15,155 nucleotides of DNA from a virus, in the UHGV virus genome UHGV-0151496; one strand, 5' to 3'. The position numbers and the translations under genes are program-made. The notes under the pieces were generated by a model that saw only the letters and a program-made list of their open reading frames with translations, had not been told where the DNA came from and ran no database searches. Shown in pieces: positions 1 through 5,858 of this stretch (its first letter is position 1; each line of letters opens with the position of its first letter).

Positions 1-1005
1 TTAATCCCCCGTGGACATTGCGTGGACACTCACGCCACCTTTCAGCGGATTAAGGGCCACCGCATCCTGCAGGTAATCCGGTGCAAAATGTGCATATGCC
101 ATTGTTTGCTGAATGGTTGCGTGGCCAAGAATCTTCTGAAGCGCAATAATGTTTCCTCCGTTCATCACAAAATGGCTGGCGAACGTATGCCGCAGCACAT
201 GTGCAGCCTGGCCTTTTGGCAAATCGGGCTTAACTCTTTTCAGCGCCAAGCAGAATTCCCGGTACTTCACCTCAAACAAGCCGCCTGTTTCTCTGGTTTT
301 GATCGCCTCACAAACTGCCTGCGAAATTGGCACTGTTCTCTTTCGGCCATTTTTGGTTTCAAGAAACGTTACACGGTTATGAACTATCTGTTCACCACGA
401 AGCTTACAGGCTTCACTCCAGCGCGCCCCCGTGCTTAAACACAAAAGCGCAACACGCCAGTAATCGCCCTCCAGTGTATCGAGCAATAACGCCACTTCCT
501 TCTGGGACAGGAAAGCCATTTCTCGTGGAGATACATAAAGAATAGAAATTCCCCTTACCGGATGTTCTGCATCCCAGAGGCCTATTTTCTTCAGTACGGT
601 AAACATTCCGGATAACCGATTCATGTATCTGTTAGCAGATGACGGTTTCAATCCATCAGCTATCTTTTGAGAACGCCACGCGATAATTTTTAGCTTATCA
701 AGATCCACAGCCTGCATATCAGCGCCAAGCTCATTGATTATGTTGCGCAGTTGTTTTCGGTCTTCTTCCGCCTTACGCCTGTGCTGGCCGTGATACATCC
801 ACCACAACTCAAGCAAATCATTTAGCGTTCGACGATCACGGTAGCCCTGTATATATTCCCGCTTTTCAGCGTTAGCCATGATGTAGCGTTCAGTGGCCAC
901 CGCTACCGATTTTTTGTCAAATACCTTACGCACGCGCTTTCCCTTGCGTCCGTTCGGCCTGATGTCCAGCAAATAACGACCATCTTCGAGCTTCTTAATC
1001 GACAT
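1..1005 (-). CDS. int: Tyrosine site-specific integrase, P2 Int-like
   Basis: ORF track 1..1020 begins with TTG; the first ATG is codon 6 (plus-strand 'cat' at 1003-1005), preceded on the minus strand by GGAGGG 7 nt upstream. N-terminus MSIKKLEDGRY..DIRPNGR and C-terminal HVLRHTFASHFVMNGGNIIALQKILGH..YAHF (R-H-R-Y catalytic region) resemble P2 Int as recalled. Stop codon is nt 1-3. Confidence 0.92.
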   Translation of the reverse strand: MSIKKLEDGRYLLDIRPNGRKGKRVRKVFDKKSVAVATERYIMANAEKREYIQGYRDRRTLNDLLELWWMYHGQHRRKAEEDRKQLRNIINELGADMQAVDLDKLKIIAWRSQKIADGLKPSSANRYMNRLSGMFTVLKKIGLWDAEHPVRGISILYVSPREMAFLSQKEVALLLDTLEGDYWRVALLCLSTGARWSEACKLRGEQIVHNRVTFLETKNGRKRTVPISQAVCEAIKTRETGGLFEVKYREFCLALKRVKPDLPKGQAAHVLRHTFASHFVMNGGNIIALQKILGHATIQQTMAYAHFAPDYLQDAVALNPLKGGVSVHAMSTGD

Positions 1006-1101
1006 TGCGAAGCCCTCCAATGAACCGCTCTACAATTTCTCCAGCTTCTTTCCAGCAATAATCAGACCAGACAAAAAGCAGGTCTAACCAGTTTTCTGGC
1101 C

Positions 1102-1689
1102 TCAGCGGGATAATTTTTGGATTGTTTTGGTTGAAACCCGATCGCCCTCCGAATCGCAGGAGCCATCAAGAGAGAGAGCCGGAGAAATCTGCCCAACCTC
1201 CGGCATCGTTTCATCTGTTGATAACCAGTAAGCGTATTTCTTAAATTTAGGATGTTTCGTAACCTTAAGTAAGGCCCCCTCTGTTACTTGCTTCCCTCTC
1301 GCCTCATAGTTAGTTACCGTTCCATAAGGTAGCCCAACACAATCCGCAAACTCCTGGCGGGTCATCCCTTCAGCTTCACGCATCAAGCGAAATTTTGCCC
1401 CAAGCCCAGATGCCACTTCAGACTCATCATCTACTAACGGAGTAGGCGAAACTTGCCCATTTTCAGCAGCCGAATGCCCAGTCATAAGCCAAAGCGCGTA
1501 TTTCTTGAACCTTTCAACCTGTAAAACTCGCTCAACCAACTCTGCTCTGGCAGGTTGATGCCCGGTTTCATATTTCTGAATAGTATTGAGCGGAATTCCT
1601 GTAATATCAGAGAATTGACGCCTACTTAACTCCTCCGCCTCTCTCATCATCATGAGTCTTTGCGAATAGTCTATTGACACGTTTCTCAT
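1102..1689 (-). CDS. Immunity repressor (C/CI-like) with two tandem XRE-type helix-turn-helix modules
   Basis: Same strand as int and divergent from cox, the P2 position of gene C. ORF track extends to a TTG at 1737; the first ATG is at 1687-1689 with AAGGAG upstream. Two internal repeats: REAEELSRRQFSDITGIPLNTIQKYETG...KYALWLMTG and REAEGMTRQEFADCVGLPYGTVTNYEARG...KYAYWLSTD. Confidence 0.75.
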   Translation of the reverse strand: MRNVSIDYSQRLMMMREAEELSRRQFSDITGIPLNTIQKYETGHQPARAELVERVLQVERFKKYALWLMTGHSAAENGQVSPTPLVDDESEVASGLGAKFRLMREAEGMTRQEFADCVGLPYGTVTNYEARGKQVTEGALLKVTKHPKFKKYAYWLSTDETMPEVGQISPALSLDGSCDSEGDRVSTKTIQKLSR

Positions 1690-1740
1690 ATGAGAAATAT
1701 ACTCCTTTCTAAATTGAGAAATGTTAAAACACCTCAATTG

Positions 1741-1780
1741 GCCTAAGTAAGCCTATATAAGCCATTTTGAGCCATTCGAA
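1741..1780. promoter_or_regulatory. Candidate operator/divergent promoter region: four phased 10-bp direct repeats each starting GCC
   Basis: gcctaagtaa gcctatataa gccattttga gccattcgaa read directly in the C-cox intergenic region; includes a tatataa -10-like element. Direct-repeat operators are known for P2-type C repressors. Confidence 0.5.
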
Positions 1781-1801
1781 CGAATTAGGGAGATTACCAC
1801 A

Positions 1802-2089
1802 ATGAGCGAATCTGAGCTTGGGGGGTTCATTCAGGTAGCACCATATCCACTTGAAGCGGTGCCATATCAACTATTCGCCAAGATGATCGGCCGCAAGGAA
1901 TCCACAGTCAGAACCATGATTGACGCAGCAAAGCTACCGACAATTGACTTTGTGAAACCAGGTTCAGTAAAGACGCGTGCATCAGAAAACTGGGTATATC
2001 TGCCAGCATTTAACGAAGGCATGCGCAAAGCGTTTTTTGAGCAACCGAAAGAACGCCGCGATGCATGGTTGTTGTGGTTGGGGCTTTAG
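1802..2089 (+). CDS. cox: Cox-like excisionase / early-operon repressor (P2 Cox family)
   Basis: 95 aa, divergent from the repressor, GGGAGA 8 nt upstream of the ATG. Motifs PYQLFAKMIG..TVRTMID..KLPTIDF and WVYLPAFN..RRDAWLLWLGL resemble P2 Cox as I recall it. Confidence 0.8.
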   Translation: MSESELGGFIQVAPYPLEAVPYQLFAKMIGRKESTVRTMIDAAKLPTIDFVKPGSVKTRASENWVYLPAFNEGMRKAFFEQPKERRDAWLLWLGL

Positions 2090-2095
2090 TCATAA

Positions 2096-2302
2096 ATGAC
2101 CAACAACATCACCAATATCATTTTGACCCTCGTTCTTTTTGAAGTGGGCGTGGTAGTGATTTGGCTTTTTCGCAAATTAACAGGGCATGAGGAACGCTTT
2201 ATGGCTCTCAATGTTGAATACATCACTGCTTATGCCAGAGGGCTTTTTCCGGCTGCCATTGGGGCAATGATCATGGTGTTTGTTATCTGGTTTATCGGGT
2301 AG
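2096..2302 (+). CDS. Small hydrophobic (probably membrane) protein, unknown function
   Basis: 68 aa, two hydrophobic segments (IILTLVLFEVGVVVIWLF; AAIGAMIMVFVIWFIG), immediately downstream of cox in the same operon. Confidence 0.55.
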   Translation: MTNNITNIILTLVLFEVGVVVIWLFRKLTGHEERFMALNVEYITAYARGLFPAAIGAMIMVFVIWFIG

Positions 2303-2313
2303 AGGTGCAAAAA

Positions 2314-2667
2314 ATGAATAAGCAACAGCGTAATTCTTCACAACAACGTTCCCGCAACGGAACGAAACGCCATGCTAACCGTTTCGTTACCAGCGCATCA
2401 CGCAGCAACATCCGCTACAGCCTGAGTGATACACACGCAACGCCGGATGGTCACGCTGTAAAGCAAATTGCCGAGCACACCTGGTTTATTGAGAAAGCAG
2501 GAATTGTAGTCCACAAATGCCCGCGCAATCCGTTTACCGGAAACCGCCTTTTTGCGCTGAGCAGCGGCGACAATCAGTTCGGACAGGATTTCACATTGTA
2601 CGAAGCACTACGCACGGTTGACCGATTAATTGCAGGCTGTAGTTTTCAGCACCCGTGGAGCTATTGA
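2314..2667 (+). CDS. Hypothetical early protein
   Basis: ORF track start 2305 is GTG; the ATG at 2314 has AGAGGTG 6 nt upstream. Basic, Ser/Arg/Gln-rich N-terminus. No family recognised. Confidence 0.55.
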   Translation: MNKQQRNSSQQRSRNGTKRHANRFVTSASRSNIRYSLSDTHATPDGHAVKQIAEHTWFIEKAGIVVHKCPRNPFTGNRLFALSSGDNQFGQDFTLYEALRTVDRLIAGCSFQHPWSY

Positions 2668-2670
2668 TCA

Positions 2671-2928
2671 ATGGCAGCCTCAACAACAGGCGAAAAAGCA
2701 ACACCGGAGGCGGTCTACCGATGTCTTGCTCATCGAGTGGTCACGCACTGCGCTTTCAAAATGCTTAACGGAGAAAGAAGTCCAGCCAAAGCAAAACGCC
2801 AACTGATTAACGGACTGGAGTCATTAAGAGAGGTTGCCGCAGCCGCAAATGATTATCCACCGTTCTTCATGATTAACGAAATGATTGAGCAGATTAAATC
2901 CGGTAAATCAATCGAGCATCTTCTTTAA
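2671..2928 (+). CDS. Hypothetical early protein
   Basis: 85-aa ORF, ATG 3 nt after the preceding stop, co-directional in the early operon. Confidence 0.5.
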   Translation: MAASTTGEKATPEAVYRCLAHRVVTHCAFKMLNGERSPAKAKRQLINGLESLREVAAAANDYPPFFMINEMIEQIKSGKSIEHLL

Positions 2929-2949
2929 TTATTTTCGGGATAACGCCAG

Positions 2950-3192
2950 ATGGACGAAGAATATAAAAAACTCATCAACAAAGCTCTTGAGCGTTTTTAC
3001 TTTCGCTTAAGCGCATCGGGCGCTCATGCTGAACGCGCAGCCCGCGAGTCATTAAACAGAGCCATCAGGAGTCTGTTCGACACAGCTTTTTACATTGATG
3101 ACCCGGACGCACTCGACGAACTTTCAAAACTCGTCTGCGCCGCAGAAAACGGGGAGCATATCGAACCGTATAAGGTGGGGAATATCGCATGA
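2950..3192 (+). CDS. Hypothetical early protein
   Basis: 80-aa acidic ORF; its TGA overlaps the next start (ATGA at 3189-3192). Confidence 0.5.
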   Translation: MDEEYKKLINKALERFYFRLSASGAHAERAARESLNRAIRSLFDTAFYIDDPDALDELSKLVCAAENGEHIEPYKVGNIA

Positions 3193-3302
3193 GTATATTT
3201 ATATCCTGGCTTGCCCTGGTTATTTCGGTGTTCTGCGCCATTGGCATTGTGCGAATTATCGATTCCTTGAAAAAGATTGAACGCTTTTTCACTGGCGAAT
3301 AA
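3189..3302 (+). CDS. Candidate 37-aa hydrophobic micro-protein (MSIFISWLALVISVFCAIGIVRIIDSLKKIERFFTGE)
   Basis: Absent from the ORF track (below its length cut-off). ATG overlaps the upstream stop as ATGA; one predicted transmembrane helix followed by a short charged tail. My own translation of the sequence. Confidence 0.4.
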   Translation: MSIFISWLALVISVFCAIGIVRIIDSLKKIERFFTGE

Positions 3303-3394
3303 CAGCACGAATAAAACACCACATTAATTCCGAAAACCTGAAAACAATCCACATTCGCGGAGGGTTTCTCATATTTAAACAGCGGAGAGCGTAA

Positions 3395-3769
3395 ATGAGC
3401 AAAAGAACAGAAGACGTTATTTTTAAGCTGGAAAAAATCGCAAAGGCAGAAAGCGAACTAGCAATAGAAGGTGCAAAAGAAGGTCTCATGGGCGTTGCAG
3501 CCCATTCAGCATTGCTGGCAGCAGTCGCAACTGAAGCTGTTGCAATCATTAAGCAACTGGACAGAGATATTAAATTACTGAAAACAGAAAACGCCAGCGA
3601 GGCTGCATTAACGCTCAACGACTGCGTTAATCATCTTGTTCATACCGCCCATTCCACATACCCGGATGCAGTCCTGAAAATCGTCAAGAAAAACACCTGC
3701 ATCGTTGCTCCGGTTGCTCCTGGCCTTCTCGTCGAATTGCCCAAAGAGCAGGTTTTCATCACAAAGTAA
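3395..3769 (+). CDS. Hypothetical early protein
   Basis: 124-aa ORF with GGAGAG 5 nt upstream of the ATG; Ala/Lys/Glu-rich, probably helical. No family recognised. Confidence 0.6.
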   Translation: MSKRTEDVIFKLEKIAKAESELAIEGAKEGLMGVAAHSALLAAVATEAVAIIKQLDRDIKLLKTENASEAALTLNDCVNHLVHTAHSTYPDAVLKIVKKNTCIVAPVAPGLLVELPKEQVFITK

Positions 3770-3783
3770 TCACGGGGTTCGTC

Positions 3784-4065
3784 ATGAGAAAGCAACCGAC
3801 TGTCACCGTATGTGCCGGAGAGAACGGGAGCGCCAGACTGCACATTGACTGCATTCCGCCATCATCGGTTTACAACAGAGCTATCACCGAACTTAAAGCC
3901 TTTATCTGTGGCAAACGTAATTTCTCCGTTATGCGAGCCAGTCATCGCATGAGTATTCGCGTCGGTGAACGCTATCGCCTCCTGAGTGCACGCTCAGATG
4001 GTCTGTCGTGGCAACTCATCACCCATGAAACCTATAACACGAAATGCAGGCAGAAGTGCGCATGA
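3784..4065 (+). CDS. Hypothetical early protein
   Basis: 93-aa ORF; its stop overlaps the next start (ATGA at 4062-4065). Confidence 0.5.
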   Translation: MRKQPTVTVCAGENGSARLHIDCIPPSSVYNRAITELKAFICGKRNFSVMRASHRMSIRVGERYRLLSARSDGLSWQLITHETYNTKCRQKCA

Positions 4066-4400
4066 CACATCCACTGGACAAACTGAAATATTTCAAAGCG
4101 TTCATGGCTCACACAGCCAGAGCGTTTGCAGGGTTTTACGCGTATCCATGCAGAACAGAATGGGATGGCCTTCTGCAACGAATTTTAAAGGAAGGGAGCC
4201 TGGTGGCCATTGACGAGTTCACCGCGAAATTTCAGTTCAACGATAACGAATATGAAATCTGGATTGCTAACCGATGGTACGCATTCGGCCATCTGCGCCG
4301 TCTGAACGGCCTCTTGTCTGACGAAGCATTCCGCCCCTGTTTCAGAACCATGTATCGCCTGCATCAGATGGTTCAGGCATTTCTGGCTGCGGAGGCGTAA
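4062..4400 (+). CDS. Hypothetical early protein
   Basis: ORF track start 4044 is earlier in frame; the ATG at 4062 (MTHPLDKL...) overlaps the upstream stop as ATGA. Aromatic-rich, 112 aa. Confidence 0.55.
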   Translation: MTHPLDKLKYFKAFMAHTARAFAGFYAYPCRTEWDGLLQRILKEGSLVAIDEFTAKFQFNDNEYEIWIANRWYAFGHLRRLNGLLSDEAFRPCFRTMYRLHQMVQAFLAAEA

Positions 4401-4612
4401 TGGCTTTTGAGGTGTACAAGGTTGTCCGTTTCACAGTTGATGGTCGCAACTATGACGTGGATGAGCGCCTGATAGACATGGACAGAACCGCCCCATCACG
4501 CACTGACCCAAACGTCCACTATATCTGGTTTAAGGACGGGGAAACCCATTTTCGCGCCACTGACGTGACGCACGTAAATCTCATCCGGCAAACACGGGAG
4601 AAACAGCAATGA
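4400..4612 (+). CDS. Hypothetical early protein
   Basis: 70-aa ORF; start overlaps the upstream stop (TAATG) and its stop overlaps the next start (ATGA). Confidence 0.5.
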   Translation: MAFEVYKVVRFTVDGRNYDVDERLIDMDRTAPSRTDPNVHYIWFKDGETHFRATDVTHVNLIRQTREKQQ

Positions 4613-4839
4613 CAGCAATCAGAAGCTATCCACGTAAACCAGGCAAGGCACTCGCCACACTGAAAAGTCTTCTTCACTCCGAAGTATGTGATTTTTGCGC
4701 GGGGCTCGGTTCACCAGGTGAGCCAGTCTCACCTGCAGCGATTCAGGCAGAACTCCTGATGCGCCTCGATGCGGTATTTGATTTTTACATTCATATGCCA
4801 CCAGAGACCAGCACAGCATCCGTTGCCGTAAAACGCTGA
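4609..4839 (+). CDS. Hypothetical early protein
   Basis: 76-aa ORF, translationally coupled to the upstream ORF; last ORF before a ~325-nt non-coding gap. Confidence 0.5.
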   Translation: MTAIRSYPRKPGKALATLKSLLHSEVCDFCAGLGSPGEPVSPAAIQAELLMRLDAVFDFYIHMPPETSTASVAVKR

Positions 4840-4962
4840 AACAGGTACACCATGCACACACAAAAAAACCGCTTGCCACAGCGCAATCAGTCAGGTTACA
4901 TTTCCGCTGCATCTCATAAAACGGATGCCGGGTTTCGCAGCCTGCTGATCAACAAAGCGCAC

Positions 4963-4983
4963 AACCGCGTCAGCGGTTTTTTT
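4963..4983 (+). terminator. Intrinsic-terminator-like hairpin with T tract
   Basis: aaccgc-gtca-gcggtt followed by ttttt: 6-bp stem, 4-nt loop, 7 consecutive T (4977-4983) on the + strand. Confidence 0.5.
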
Positions 4984-5039
4984 GTGCGTACCGCATTGCC
5001 GCACATTTTTTCGCATCAGAATTATGGTGGGGCGTACGG

Positions 5040-5069
5040 GGCCGACTTCGGTCGGGCCGGGTTTTCTTT
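5040..5069 (+). terminator. Second terminator-like hairpin (GC-rich stem, UUCG loop) with U-rich tail
   Basis: ggccgac-ttcg-gtcgggcc followed by gggttttcttt. About 7-bp stem with one bulge, then T-rich tract. Confidence 0.45.
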
Positions 5070-5165
5070 GTTGACCGGTACTGCGAACCTCGTACGTCTC
5101 GCCACCCACAGTTTCGCAGCTCTGGATGGTGAGTATTCAAAACTTACCAACAAAGAGGCCACACC

Positions 5166-5396
5166 ATGGCAAACCGCAAACAGCACCGCGCTATCGCGGA
5201 GCGTCGTCACATCCAGACTGAAATCAACCGCAGACTTTTCCGCGCATTCCGCGTCGCTAAAATCATGCACATCAACATGCTGCATGAGCGTAGCTGCGAA
5301 CTTTCAAACCTCTACTCATCCGCTGTTTTCAGCTATCTGGCGGATGATCTGCGCGAGCTTCAGCAGCTCATCCAGCAGCAAAACCAACTCCGTTAA
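5166..5396 (+). CDS. Hypothetical small basic protein
   Basis: 76-aa ORF with AAGAGG 7 nt upstream of the ATG; Arg-rich N-terminus and Gln-rich C-terminus (LQQLIQQQNQLR). First gene after the non-coding gap. Confidence 0.6.
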   Translation: MANRKQHRAIAERRHIQTEINRRLFRAFRVAKIMHINMLHERSCELSNLYSSAVFSYLADDLRELQQLIQQQNQLR

Positions 5397-5468
5397 TTCC
5401 TGTTCCGGGCCTTTCCCGCACCCTGCGGCGGGAGGCCTTCGCACATCTGTAGTAAAGAGAATTGCAGC

Positions 5469-5858
5469 ATGATTGACCGTCACGACTTCGTAAAATGGGT
5501 GCGCACACAGGACACCCGTCTGGCCCCAAAACTTCAGGCAATGTTTGATTTTTATCTCCGTGCCCGTGCCAGCCGGGCACGCACCACAAAACCGGAGAAC
5601 GCAGACACCCTTTATTTCACCGTGGACGACTGTTACCGCGTGGCCTTTACACCACAAGGTCTGGGCCTGTACACCCTGACACCACACGGCGACTCCCTGT
5701 TGGCGTATTACGACTCCCCGGCCTCCGTATTTGCGGCAATGCTGGCGCATCGTACCGCTGGCGGGTGTGCATCGCTGAGTGAATACACCGCTGAATTTAA
5801 CCGCCTTTCCGTCATCTTTTCGCAGGAGTGGCAGAGCGTGACGGGATACCAGCCATGA
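5469..5858 (+). CDS. Hypothetical protein immediately upstream of the replication gene
   Basis: 129-aa ORF; its TGA overlaps the gpA ATG (ATGA at 5855-5858). Confidence 0.55.
   Translation: MIDRHDFVKWVRTQDTRLAPKLQAMFDFYLRARASRARTTKPENADTLYFTVDDCYRVAFTPQGLGLYTLTPHGDSLLAYYDSPASVFAAMLAHRTAGGCASLSEYTAEFNRLSVIFSQEWQSVTGYQP

Noticed and set aside
22-545. Several + strand ORFs (22-438, 149-382, 327-545) antisense to the integrase gene
   Set aside because: Entirely contained within the well-supported integrase ORF on the opposite strand; no SD signals; typical shadow ORFs.
1-1101. attL / tRNA integration target next to int
   Set aside because: The window begins at the integrase stop codon; no tRNA-like structure or attachment-core repeat is visible within the window, so the attachment site presumably lies upstream, outside it.
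4852-5472. 206-aa + strand ORF spanning the non-coding gap and the 5166-5396 gene
   Set aside because: Low-complexity Ser/Ala/Thr-rich translation, runs through both terminator hairpins and overlaps a better-supported ORF with a good SD in another frame; most likely a frame artefact.
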